Assembly: GCA_051881135.1 (NCBI GenBank)
Contig: JBJEPH010000108.1
Coordinates: forward strand, 59,728-123,727
Source: Eubacterium sp.
GTDB taxonomy: Bacteria; Bacillota; Clostridia; Oscillospirales; Acutalibacteraceae
Direction of reading: 5' to 3'
Length of the DNA stretch: 64,000 nt
Shown here: positions 20,026 to 28,859 of the stretch, piece by piece
How the letters are laid out: each line of letters begins with the position of its first letter
How positions within the stretch are numbered: the stretch's first letter is position 1
Program-made: the position numbers and the translations under genes
The notes under the pieces: model-generated
Told to the model about the DNA's origin: nothing
The model's input: only the letters and a program-made list of their open reading frames with translations
The model's database searches: none

Positions 20026-21329
20026 TTAAACTCCTCTTTTAAAGCTTCCTCAAGCGAAGCCAAGGCTCTGTTTGCAAGCGCCGAATATCTTTCGCGCTTG
20101 TCACGAATTTTAGGCTCGATATGAGGTAATATGCCGAAATTTGCCCCCATAGGCTGAAAGCCTGTCACGCTTTCGTCACTGATATATGACGCGAGTGAGC
20201 CTATCATAGTTTGCTCGCTGAGAACAAATGCAGGCTTTCCCTCTGCTCTTTTGACAGCGTTTATACCTGCCATAATGCCTGATGAAGCAGACTCCATATA
20301 TCCCTCTACGCCTGTAATCTGCCCTGCAAAAAAGATGTTGGGATTTGAACGCAGGCTGAAATCCGCATTTAACAGCCGCGGTGAATTCAAAAACGAATTT
20401 CTGTGCATAACTCCGTACCTGACAAACTCTGCGTTTTCAAGTCCGGGTATCATCGAAAAGACTCTTTTTTGTTCACCGAATTTCAAATTTGTCTGGAAGC
20501 CGACAAGGTTAAACATAGTTCCCTTGCTGTTTTCTCTTCTGAGCTGAACGCATGCCCAAGGTCTGTGGCCTGTGTTTGGATCGGTTAAGCCGACAGGCTT
20601 CATAGGTCCGAAGCGTGGCGCGTCCACACCGCGCTTTGCAAGCTTTTCTATCGGCATACAGCCCTCATAAACATCAAAATCGTGAACAACTGCGCCCTCG
20701 GCATTGATAAGCTCATCAATAAATGCTTCATACTCTGCCTTATTAAACGGGCAGTTAATATAATCGTCCTCGCCGCCTCTGTCGTATCTTGAGGCGCCGA
20801 ACGCCTTTGACATATCAACGCTTTCAGCGGTTACGATAGGAGCCGCCGCATCGTAAAATGAAAGGCAGTCACCGCAGATGCGCTTTATGTCCTCGCTTAA
20901 TTTTCCGTCAGTTAAAGGACCTGTTGCAATGATAAGTATTTCATCCTCGCTCGGATTAATGCTCTCGTAAATTCTGCTTTCAACCTTAATATTTGGATGA
21001 GAAAGAATCTTTTCCGTTACCGTTTTTGAAAAAACATTTCGGTCAACCGCCAACGCTCCTCCGGCGGGCACCGAGCACTCTCTTGCCACAGGGACGGTTA
21101 GCGAGCCAAGCCTTGCCATTTCCTCCTTAAGCAGACCTGCTGCACTGTCCAACCTTGAAGCCTTTAATGAATTTGAGCAAACAAGCTCGGCAAAATTTTC
21201 ACTTTTATGCGCCGGAGAGAATTTGACAGGCTTCATTTCAATTAATGTAACCTCAAAGCCTGCCTCGGCAATCTGCCAAGCGGCTTCACAGCCTGCAAGA
21301 CCGGCGCCGACAACTGTAAATTTTTTCAT
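20022..21329 (-). CDS. trmFO: Methylenetetrahydrofolate-tRNA-(uracil-5)-methyltransferase TrmFO
   Basis: I chose the start at MKKFTVVGAGLAGCEAAW (FAD dinucleotide-binding motif). It overlaps the topA stop by 1 nt (TAATG). The ORF-track start at 21380 would lie inside topA. Confidence 0.95.
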   Translation of the reverse strand: MKKFTVVGAGLAGCEAAWQIAEAGFEVTLIEMKPVKFSPAHKSENFAELVCSNSLKASRLDSAAGLLKEEMARLGSLTVPVARECSVPAGGALAVDRNVFSKTVTEKILSHPNIKVESRIYESINPSEDEILIIATGPLTDGKLSEDIKRICGDCLSFYDAAAPIVTAESVDMSKAFGASRYDRGGEDDYINCPFNKAEYEAFIDELINAEGAVVHDFDVYEGCMPIEKLAKRGVDAPRFGPMKPVGLTDPNTGHRPWACVQLRRENSKGTMFNLVGFQTNLKFGEQKRVFSMIPGLENAEFVRYGVMHRNSFLNSPRLLNADFSLRSNPNIFFAGQITGVEGYMESASSGIMAGINAVKRAEGKPAFVLSEQTMIGSLASYISDESVTGFQPMGANFGILPHIEPKIRDKRERYSALANRALASLEEALKEEFK

Positions 21330-23434
21330 TACTTTTTCTTTGCGGACCTTGTGTAGCCGCATCCCTCTGTATCCGGACAATAAAGCTCGTTGCCCTTGCG
21401 CTTAAACAGAGATTTGCCGCAGTTAGGGCAGGTGTCGTCGGTGGGGACATCCCAGGTCATAAACTTACATTCCGGATAATTTGAGCAGCCGTAGAACGGT
21501 GTGCCCTTTTTGGTTTTCTTTTCTATTACATCACCGCCGCACTCGGGACATTTGGCGGTTGTTTTGGTTACAAGCGGCTTTGCATTTCTGCATTCGGGGA
21601 AGCCGGGGCAGGCAAGGAATTTTCCGAAGCGACCTGTTTTAACAACCATCTTGCGACCGCATTTTTCGCAGATTTCCTCGGTTTCCTCCTCCTTTAGCTT
21701 AATCTTAACGCCCTGCATATCCTTCTTTGCCTTTTCAAGCGGCTCTTCAAAGTCGTTATAATAAAGCCTTATCATATCAATATAGTCTTTTTCGCCCGAG
21801 TCGATTTTGTCTAAATCGTCCTCCATCTTTGAGGTATATTTAACATTAACTATATTAGGAATTCGCTCCTTCAAAAGATTTGTAACTGCCTCGCCGAGCT
21901 CGGTGGGTACAAACTGCTTGCCCTCACGCACAACATATTCCTTTGAAAGAATTGTTGATGTAATTGTTACATAGGTTGAAGGACGGCCTACGCCGTTTTC
22001 TTCAAGCGCCTTTGTGAGAGATGCCTCGGTATATCTTGCAGGCGGCTGTGTGAAATGCTGGTTTCCGAGAATTGATTTTAGCTTAAGCTCGTCGCCGACA
22101 GCAACCGGCGGAAGCGGAGATTCTGCTTCCTTCTTTACAACATCATCGGTTTTTTCCTCATATAAAGCGGTGAATCCGTCAAACTTAACCGTGTAGCCTG
22201 TTGCGCTGAAGATATATCCGTTTGCGTCTATCTCAATTTTCATTGTTTCCTGAACGCAGGAGGACATCAAGGACGCAATAAAGCGTTCCCAAACAAGCTT
22301 ATATATTTTATACTGGTCGGTTGTAAGCGAGGACTTAACCTGCTCGGGTGTTACCTCGGGCATTGTAGGTCTGATAGCCTCGTGACCGTCCTGTGCATTT
22401 CCTCTTGTTTTATAATATCTCGGGGTGGAGGGAAGATATTTTGCACCGTAGGCCTTCTCAATATATGCATTGCCTGCTGCCCTTGCCTCCTCGGATATAC
22501 GAAGCGAGTCGGTTCTCATATATGTGATAAGACCAACCGTGCCGAGTCCCTTAACATCTACGCCCTCGTAAAGCTCCTGTGCGGCCTTCATTGTTTTTCT
22601 TGCCTGGAAGAACAGACGGCGTGAAGCCTCCTGCTGAAGCGTTGAGGTAATAAACGGAGGTGCAGGATTCTTTTTTCTTGTGCCCTTTTTAACATTTTGA
22701 ACTACAAATTTTGCGCCCTCTAAATCTGCTAAGATTTTGTCACATTCTTCCTTAACCGGAATTTTATTCTTCTCCGTGCCGAGCTTATTTCCCTGCGGGT
22801 CCTGAACAAGAGTTGCAGAAAAATTCTTGCGCTCGGGCGGATTTGTAAATTTTGCATCAACCGTCCAATATTCCTCCGGAACAAAGGCACGGATTTCATT
22901 TTCTCTGTCAACAACAAGGCGCAGAGCCACCGACTGAACACGGCCTGCCGAAAGTCCTCTGCGTATTTTTTGAGAAACAAATGGTGACAGCTTATAGCCG
23001 ATAAGCCTGTCAAGAATACGGCGAGCCTGCTGGGCATTAACCAAATCTATATCAATTTCTCTTGGGCTTGCCATACCGTTTTTAACGCCGCTTTTTGTGA
23101 TTTCGTTAAAGGTTACTCTGTTTTTGTCCGACAAATTCAAATTAAGCAAATTTGCCAGATGCCACGAAATAGCCTCTCCCTCACGGTCGGGGTCGGTTGC
23201 AAGATATACATAATCTGCCTTTGCCGCCTTTTTCTGCAAATCGGTTACAAGGCTTTCCTTGCCCTTAATAACTGCGTATTTAGGCTCAAAATTGTTTTCA
23301 ATATCAACGCTCAGTCGTGCCGAAGGCAAATCCCTTACATGGCCCATCGAAGCGATAACCTCATATCCGCTTCCGAGATAGCCTTTAATGTTTTTTGCCT
23401 TTGCAGGCGACTCAACTATTACTAACTTTGACAT
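21329..23434 (-). CDS. topA: DNA topoisomerase I
   Basis: 701 aa. It has the TOPRIM domain MSKLVIVESPAKAK and the active-site region GLITYMRTDS. C-terminal CxxC zinc ribbons are present (CEKCGRKM..., CPECGG..., CPNCG...). Confidence 0.98.
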   Translation of the reverse strand: MSKLVIVESPAKAKNIKGYLGSGYEVIASMGHVRDLPSARLSVDIENNFEPKYAVIKGKESLVTDLQKKAAKADYVYLATDPDREGEAISWHLANLLNLNLSDKNRVTFNEITKSGVKNGMASPREIDIDLVNAQQARRILDRLIGYKLSPFVSQKIRRGLSAGRVQSVALRLVVDRENEIRAFVPEEYWTVDAKFTNPPERKNFSATLVQDPQGNKLGTEKNKIPVKEECDKILADLEGAKFVVQNVKKGTRKKNPAPPFITSTLQQEASRRLFFQARKTMKAAQELYEGVDVKGLGTVGLITYMRTDSLRISEEARAAGNAYIEKAYGAKYLPSTPRYYKTRGNAQDGHEAIRPTMPEVTPEQVKSSLTTDQYKIYKLVWERFIASLMSSCVQETMKIEIDANGYIFSATGYTVKFDGFTALYEEKTDDVVKKEAESPLPPVAVGDELKLKSILGNQHFTQPPARYTEASLTKALEENGVGRPSTYVTITSTILSKEYVVREGKQFVPTELGEAVTNLLKERIPNIVNVKYTSKMEDDLDKIDSGEKDYIDMIRLYYNDFEEPLEKAKKDMQGVKIKLKEEETEEICEKCGRKMVVKTGRFGKFLACPGFPECRNAKPLVTKTTAKCPECGGDVIEKKTKKGTPFYGCSNYPECKFMTWDVPTDDTCPNCGKSLFKRKGNELYCPDTEGCGYTRSAKKK

Positions 23435-23461
23435 ATTTATATTATCCTTTCGGTTAAAATC

Positions 23462-24667
23462 TTAATTTTTCTTACGGTAACGCTTACCCACGGTTGCCTC
23501 GGCAAGTCCCTGCATCTCAAGCAATGTTAAGGAGATAAGAACTGCTTTGGCATCAAGCGATGCTTTTGAAATAATCATTTCCAAATCCTCAAATTTGTTG
23601 CTCAGTGCATTATAAACAATGCTGTCATTCCCCGTGAGCGACATAATTTTTGAATTTCTTACATCAAGCATTTTTCTGTTTTCGTCTATATTTTCAAAGG
23701 TTATTTGCTCGTCGTCCTGCGGAGCTATATCCCTGTCGATATACTCATCGGATAACAGCTCCTCAACGCTTGCAAGCCTTGACAAATCCAGGGTTTGATA
23801 TCTTTCCTTGTAATGCTCAACGATTCTTTTCGGCGATGTGGCAACTATTGCGCCCTCATCAATAAGCCTGTTCGTGCCCGAAAACCTTTCGTCAAGTATC
23901 GAAGAAGCAACGGCGAAAACATCTCTGTTTTGCGACAGTGCATAGGACGCGGTTATCATAGAGCCGCTTTTTTCATTTGCCTCAACAACAAGCAAGCCGT
24001 CGGAAAAACCGCTTATCAGCCTGTTGCGTACGGGAAAGGTATATCGAGTTGCAGGGGTGAACGGAGCAAACTCGGATATAAGCGCACCCTTAAAGGTAAT
24101 TCTTCGTCTCAAATCCTCGTTTTGCATAAGATAGTTTGTACCGAGACCACAGCCTAAAACCGCATAGGTTATGCCGTCAACGGCAAGAGCGCCCTCGTGT
24201 GCCGATGTATCAACCCCCAGCGCACCTCCGCTTATAATAATCATATTGCACCGTGCACATCCCTTTGACAACACAGCCGTTGCCTTTAAGGCATAGGGTG
24301 AAGCCTTTCTTGTGCCTACGATGCCGATGGAGGCGAAGCTGTTAAGCCTTGAAATATCACCGTCAACATATAAAACGGCAGGCGGTGCAAAAATATTTTT
24401 AAGGCTGACAGGATAATCTTCATCCTCTCGGGTTATTATGCTCCAATTATTGCTTTTGCACTCGGAGATAATTTTGTCCATATCCTCGAGCCTTGTGCCT
24501 TGCATTTTATCAACCGTTTTGTCGCTGAGCCGAGGATAAGCCTTTTTCTCCATATAGCTGCTGTTATAAAGAGCCTCTATCCCGCCGAAATGCTCGAGCA
24601 GGTCGTCAAATTCCTTTGCATATCCGAGGGTTTGTTGGAGCCACAGCCAATATCTTTTATCGCTCAT
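23462..24667 (-). CDS. dprA: DNA processing/protecting protein DprA (Smf)
   Basis: Contains the Rossmann-like core IGIVGTRKASPYA...IISGGALGVDTSAHEGAL...FPVRNRLISG. ATG 24667 overlaps the upstream stop as ATGA and follows a GGGAG RBS. An alternative GTG start is at 24682. Confidence 0.92.
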   Translation of the reverse strand: MSDKRYWLWLQQTLGYAKEFDDLLEHFGGIEALYNSSYMEKKAYPRLSDKTVDKMQGTRLEDMDKIISECKSNNWSIITREDEDYPVSLKNIFAPPAVLYVDGDISRLNSFASIGIVGTRKASPYALKATAVLSKGCARCNMIIISGGALGVDTSAHEGALAVDGITYAVLGCGLGTNYLMQNEDLRRRITFKGALISEFAPFTPATRYTFPVRNRLISGFSDGLLVVEANEKSGSMITASYALSQNRDVFAVASSILDERFSGTNRLIDEGAIVATSPKRIVEHYKERYQTLDLSRLASVEELLSDEYIDRDIAPQDDEQITFENIDENRKMLDVRNSKIMSLTGNDSIVYNALSNKFEDLEMIISKASLDAKAVLISLTLLEMQGLAEATVGKRYRKKN

Positions 24668-25437
24668 CTGACCATCTCCCACATCGTGATAGCCGCCGCC
24701 ACGCTTGCGTTAAGGCTCTCTGCCCTTCCGAGCATTGGGATGGTGATTAATTCGTCGGAAGCTGACTTAATGCTTTCCTCAACACCGTTTGCTTCGTTTC
24801 CTATAACGCATACCGCTTTATCCGAAAAAGCTATTTCGTTTATCCTTTTGGCTTTTCTGTCGGGAACGGTTGAATAGATTTCGTAGCCGTTTGATTTCAG
24901 CTCCGTTAAGCATTTAATCAAATCGTCCGTATCGGCAATATTCATCCTTAAAACAGAGCCCATGGAAGCTCTGATGGTTTTGGGGTTATAAATATCGCAG
25001 GAATTATAAGCAATTATTCCGTCAATGCCGAGCGCTTCGGCAGAACGGATAATTGCGCCGACATTGCTCGGGTCCTGAACATTATCAAGTGCAATAAGCC
25101 TTCCTTTAGGAAAAGTGCCGTTGTTATCCTTCATTTTTACGGTTGCAAAAATCCCCTGCGGGTTTGCCGTTTCGCTTAGCTTATTTGCAATATCGTTTGT
25201 GATGATATATGCTCTGTCGGAAATCTTTATGAGGCTATCGACCTTATCCTTGTATTTTGCATAAAGCTCGTCTGTGAATAAAACCGTATCGACGCTATAT
25301 AAAGAATTAAGGACATCAAAGCAGAGCCTTGCGCCTTCAAGGGCAAACAGATTTTTTTCCCGTCTTGCCCTGGAGGAGCCGAAAAGCCTTTTTGTGTCCT
25401 TAATAACAGTATTTGTTTTAGCCGTGATTTTTTCCAT
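24664..25437 (-). CDS. TrmH/SpoU-family RNA 2'-O-methyltransferase (RlmB/YsgA-like)
   Basis: 257 aa. Contains the SPOUT motifs LDNVQDPSNVGAIIRSAEA...VIGNEANGV...IPMLGRAESLNASVAAAI. Confidence 0.9.
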   Translation of the reverse strand: MEKITAKTNTVIKDTKRLFGSSRARREKNLFALEGARLCFDVLNSLYSVDTVLFTDELYAKYKDKVDSLIKISDRAYIITNDIANKLSETANPQGIFATVKMKDNNGTFPKGRLIALDNVQDPSNVGAIIRSAEALGIDGIIAYNSCDIYNPKTIRASMGSVLRMNIADTDDLIKCLTELKSNGYEIYSTVPDRKAKRINEIAFSDKAVCVIGNEANGVEESIKSASDELITIPMLGRAESLNASVAAAITMWEMVR

Positions 25438-25582
25438 ACACTTCTCCGTAGGTGCTTATAATTTGCAATAATGCTGTTTCGTTTAAAAAAATCATAAATT
25501 ATGAAATATTTACTTTTAAATAATATACATTATAATAAAAAAAATTTCAATAGTTAATTTATTAAATTAAAATATTTTTTAG

Positions 25583-25611
25583 TTGACTACTGCTAACCCT
25601 TGCTTTATAAT
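25583..25611 (+). promoter_or_regulatory. Sigma-A type promoter for the 25650-27129 operon
   Basis: TTGACT, a 17-nt spacer, then TATAAT. It is preceded by about 140 nt of A/T-rich DNA. The -10 ends 38 nt before the ATG, and a GGAG RBS lies between. Confidence 0.6.
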
Positions 25612-25649
25612 GAAAATAGAGAAATATAACTTGTTGTAAGGAGTACAAT

Positions 25650-26378
25650 ATGCCATATTACGATATAGCGGGGCTAAAGGTTAAAATTAATAATTGCGGC
25701 GGCAGAACACAAAAGCAGGCAATACCGTATTTATCCGAAAACCAGGATGAAAGCCAAATACCCGATATTGACATCGTTGTTGATGAAAGCAGAGTTAAGG
25801 AGGCTATGGCTGAGCATCCCGAGCTTAATCAGGACGATTGGGAATATATGATAACGGGAAGCGATTTTTACGGCAATCTCGTTAGCTTTGACGGCTTTCT
25901 TCTTCACTCCTCCTGCATAGTCGTTGACGGAGTTGCTTATGCCTTTTCGGCGGACAGCGGAACAGGAAAATCAACGCACACACAGCTATGGCTCAAAAGA
26001 TTCGGCGACAGAGCATATATGCTAAACGACGACAAGCCTGCATTGAGAATCATAGACGGCAAGCCATATGCCTGCGGTACTCCGTGGAGCGGAAAATACG
26101 ATTATTCAACCCCTGCGGTTGTGCCCTTGGGCGGCATTTGCTTCCTTGAGAGAAGCGAGGATAACTGGATTAAGCCTGCCGAAACAAGCAAGGCAATCTT
26201 CAATATTTTCAGCCAAACCGTTCGACGCTTCGGTGCAGGCAGAATGAATATGCTTATGGATAATGTAAACGAAATGTTTAAGCTTGTACCCATCTACTCA
26301 TTAGGCTGTAACATATCCGACGAAGCAGTTGATTGCTCATATAACGCAATGAAAAGAGATATAAATGAAATACTGTAA
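25650..26378 (+). CDS. Uncharacterised P-loop protein resembling the HprK/P C-terminal kinase-like fold
   Basis: 242 aa. Contains LHSSCIVVDGVAYAFSADSGTGKSTHTQLW followed by NDDKPALR...GTPWSGK. This is my pattern recognition only; no search was run. Confidence 0.6.
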   Translation: MPYYDIAGLKVKINNCGGRTQKQAIPYLSENQDESQIPDIDIVVDESRVKEAMAEHPELNQDDWEYMITGSDFYGNLVSFDGFLLHSSCIVVDGVAYAFSADSGTGKSTHTQLWLKRFGDRAYMLNDDKPALRIIDGKPYACGTPWSGKYDYSTPAVVPLGGICFLERSEDNWIKPAETSKAIFNIFSQTVRRFGAGRMNMLMDNVNEMFKLVPIYSLGCNISDEAVDCSYNAMKRDINEIL

Positions 26379-27129
26379 AAAAATTACAGCACTACTTTTA
26401 ACGGTAGTGCTGTCAATATGTATAACCTCCTGCTCTGCAAACGAAAGCAGGGTTGAGACTTCGGGTGAGCCTTCCTCATCAGCAGTAACGCATGCCCAAG
26501 TAATTAAAGAAAACGACACAACTATAAAGGCTGAGGCAGACAAAAAAGAGAGCGTCGGCTCAACCGAAGGAACAAAAGCCACGGTAAAAAAGGATAGTTC
26601 TACCTCTGCTCCCTCCTCAAAAGCAGAAGCGAAAAACGAGACTTCAAAGCAAATCCAAAGCACAGAAGCCGCCACTGTTACTACAAAAAGGAATGCCGAT
26701 AAAACCACGGTTAAGGCAACTGAAAAATCCACAGGAATTACCACGACGCAAAATCCTTATGCGTGCTTTGTGACAATTCAGTGCAAATCAATAAACGAAA
26801 ATATTGATGACCTAAAGCCCGGTCACGAAAAATTTGTGCCGTCAAACGGTATCATTTTAAACAGCTGTCCCTATATTGTTAATGACGGCGACACGGCCTA
26901 TGACGCGCTGAAGGCTGTTTGCAAAAGCAACAATATCAAGCTGACGGCAGATAACACGGGATACGGTGTATATATCATCGGAATAAATAATCTTGACGAA
27001 AAGGATTGCGGAAAATACAGCGGATGGAAATACAAGGTAAACTCAAGCTATCCGAGCGTTTCCTGTGACAAAGCCTTTATATCTGCAGGAGATAAAATAG
27101 AATTTGAATATGTATGCGAATTAAGTTAG
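26365..27129 (+). CDS. Lipoprotein with a Ser/Thr/Lys-rich linker and a C-terminal DUF4430 (transcobalamin-like) domain
   Basis: 254 aa. The lipobox is LSICITSC. The low-complexity linker is about 110 aa. The C-terminal region is CFVTIQCKSINENIDDL...GDTAYDALKAVCKSNNI...GYGVYIIGINNLDEKDCGKYSGWKYKVN....GDKIEFEYV. Its start overlaps the upstream gene by 14 nt. Confidence 0.75.
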   Translation: MKYCKKITALLLTVVLSICITSCSANESRVETSGEPSSSAVTHAQVIKENDTTIKAEADKKESVGSTEGTKATVKKDSSTSAPSSKAEAKNETSKQIQSTEAATVTTKRNADKTTVKATEKSTGITTTQNPYACFVTIQCKSINENIDDLKPGHEKFVPSNGIILNSCPYIVNDGDTAYDALKAVCKSNNIKLTADNTGYGVYIIGINNLDEKDCGKYSGWKYKVNSSYPSVSCDKAFISAGDKIEFEYVCELS

Positions 27130-27151
27130 TCTATTCATTTTACTTTTTGAA

Positions 27152-27191
27152 AAAGCACCGCCAATGACAATAATGTCATTGGCGGTGCTTT
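27152..27191. terminator. Strong bidirectional intrinsic terminator
   Basis: An 18-bp perfect stem, AAAGCACCGCCAATGACA / TGTCATTGGCGGTGCTTT, with an ATAA loop. It is flanked by TTTTTGAAAA on one side and CTGTTTT on the other. It separates convergent genes. Confidence 0.8.
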
Positions 27192-27222
27192 CTGTTTTAA
27201 TACAATATTACCGTTTTTATTA

Positions 27223-28017
27223 TTAAGCTTCCTCATCCTCTTGAAAGACGATTATTTTATACGGAGCATCTAATTTGAATACAACTTCAGTTGTGTAAGC
27301 TTTACCATCAAATTTTATAATATAATCGCAAATACGGTTTCCGTCCATATCATAATTGTCGTACATTATATCATCAGCCAAATTATCCCATATTTCCTTG
27401 TCTGAATTAATATCAACATTGAAAAGTGTGTAATTTGTTCCGCTTTCGTTTGCTTCACATTCAATATTAATACAATATATATTACTTGTTCCCTGTTCAC
27501 ACAAAACGGCAATATTTCCGAATTCGTATCTTGTATATTCTTCGATATCCAAAGTATCGTTGCTTTCTTCTCCAAGCACTTGCTTTACTTTGTCAAGGCT
27601 ATAAAATAAATCAGTTATTTCAACAGCTTCATTCAGCACATTGGTGCTTTCTTCTGTTGCAAATGTCTTTTCTGTTGTTGGGTTTACTTTAGATGCGGTA
27701 TCATCACTGTCGGTTACGGCAAAAACTATCATTAAGGCGATATAAATAGCCACTATTGCAACGATTGAAAACAAGATTATTTTTTTAGCTCTCTTTAATT
27801 TTGGTTTGATTTTTTCTTTAGTTTCTGCCTTCTTTTTTTCTCTTAATTCCCTTCTTTCATCTGATTTTGAAATAATCGTATTTAAACCATCTTCTATTAT
27901 TTGTGAAGTGCTTTTTTCTATTTTTTGCTTTTCGCCGCAATATTCGCATATTGCATAAGAATTTGTTTCATCAATTTCCATTGTTCCGCCGCAGTTTTTA
28001 CACTTTAATTCAGACAT
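27223..28017 (-). CDS. Single-pass membrane protein: N-terminal cytoplasmic zinc ribbon, Lys/Glu-rich linker, TM helix, acidic extracytoplasmic domain
   Basis: 264 aa. Contains KCKNCGGTMEIDETNSYAICEYCGEK, then RRELREKKKAETKEKIKPKLKRAKK, then the TM IILFSIVAIVAIYIALMIVFAV, then an acidic domain of about 160 aa. An AGAGGAG RBS is present. The gene lies 14 nt after the upstream gene. Confidence 0.75.
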   Translation of the reverse strand: MSELKCKNCGGTMEIDETNSYAICEYCGEKQKIEKSTSQIIEDGLNTIISKSDERRELREKKKAETKEKIKPKLKRAKKIILFSIVAIVAIYIALMIVFAVTDSDDTASKVNPTTEKTFATEESTNVLNEAVEITDLFYSLDKVKQVLGEESNDTLDIEEYTRYEFGNIAVLCEQGTSNIYCINIECEANESGTNYTLFNVDINSDKEIWDNLADDIMYDNYDMDGNRICDYIIKFDGKAYTTEVVFKLDAPYKIIVFQEDEEA

Positions 28018-28031
28018 ACAAATACTCCTCT

Positions 28032-28715
28032 TTACTTTAATAATTTACACTTTTGATTTCTGTCATTTATCAAAATCAGCAAATCGTTTGAAATATCCGT
28101 TGCAAGATTTATATTATCGTCAATTACAGCTTTTTCAAGTTCCTTAAATTTAATCGTTATTGAAGACTCAGCAGCTGCAAGGGCATCATTGCTCATAGGG
28201 TCACTGTAACGAACAGCTTCATATACACTGTAAGCTATTTCTTTGATTTCCTCACTTTTTGCTTTCATCATAAGTGTTTGAGCATCAACTGTCAGAGATT
28301 TTATAAAGAAAGTTTGAGCTTTTAACTTTGTTTCAGTTTTTTCTATTGTACCAATAGCCATATTTGTGCTTACAATTGCTATTATATCAAATGCTGTAAC
28401 TATTACAGATATTGTAACCGCAATCCAAACAGGTAAGTTAGGAACGGCAATAAAAACAGTTGAAAAAATCAGTGAAACAAAAAGTGCAATATAGCTTATC
28501 GTAAGTAAAGGAATATTTAAAAACACTTTATCCTTTATTTCCTGCTTAAAAAATATGTAACTACATACCAATTGAACAATAAACATAGCAACAACAAATA
28601 TGTATCCTACCCAAAAAGAGCCTATCTTTTCTGACGGTGAAACAAATGTGATAATACTGAATGCAACAATTGAAACAGTCCAAATTATTAAATATAAGTT
28701 AAAATTCTTTTTCAT
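28032..28715 (-). CDS. Polytopic membrane protein (4-5 TM) with a C-terminal helical cytoplasmic domain of about 100 aa
   Basis: 227 aa. The hydrophobic segments are IIWTVSIVAFSIITFV, VGYIFVVAMFIVQLVCSYIFF, LLTISYIALFVSLIFSTVFIAV and VWIAVTISVIVTAFDIIAIV. The tail reads ...YEAVRYSDPMSNDALAAAESSITIKFKELEKAV... Confidence 0.72.
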   Translation of the reverse strand: MKKNFNLYLIIWTVSIVAFSIITFVSPSEKIGSFWVGYIFVVAMFIVQLVCSYIFFKQEIKDKVFLNIPLLTISYIALFVSLIFSTVFIAVPNLPVWIAVTISVIVTAFDIIAIVSTNMAIGTIEKTETKLKAQTFFIKSLTVDAQTLMMKAKSEEIKEIAYSVYEAVRYSDPMSNDALAAAESSITIKFKELEKAVIDDNINLATDISNDLLILINDRNQKCKLLK

Positions 28716-28859
28716 ATTAATTCCAATAGCCTTTCCGGCTACAAATAGTTTATAAAATAATTTCTATCGCCTTATTGTAGCCATATAAGGCGCATAATAA
28801 AGATTTTGAGTTCAATATAATCGAAACAGTGTGATTTTTCACACTGTATTCTGCTTGTT

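Noticed and set aside
25438-25582. Very A/T-rich tract of about 145 nt between the divergent trmH-like and HprK-like genes, checked for a small RNA, riboswitch or origin-like repeats
   Set aside because: It has no stable stems, no DnaA-box-like repeats and no ORF. It is best explained as UP-element or curved DNA for two divergent promoters.
27197-27210. Similar AT-rich 12-14-mers at both island edges (TTAATACAATATTA at 27197-27210 and TTAATACATTATAT at 30853-30866), considered as possible att-like direct repeats
   Set aside because: The match is imperfect and lies in very AT-rich DNA. The right copy overlaps the sigK stop region, and no integrase or recombinase gene is present. Chance is the most likely explanation.
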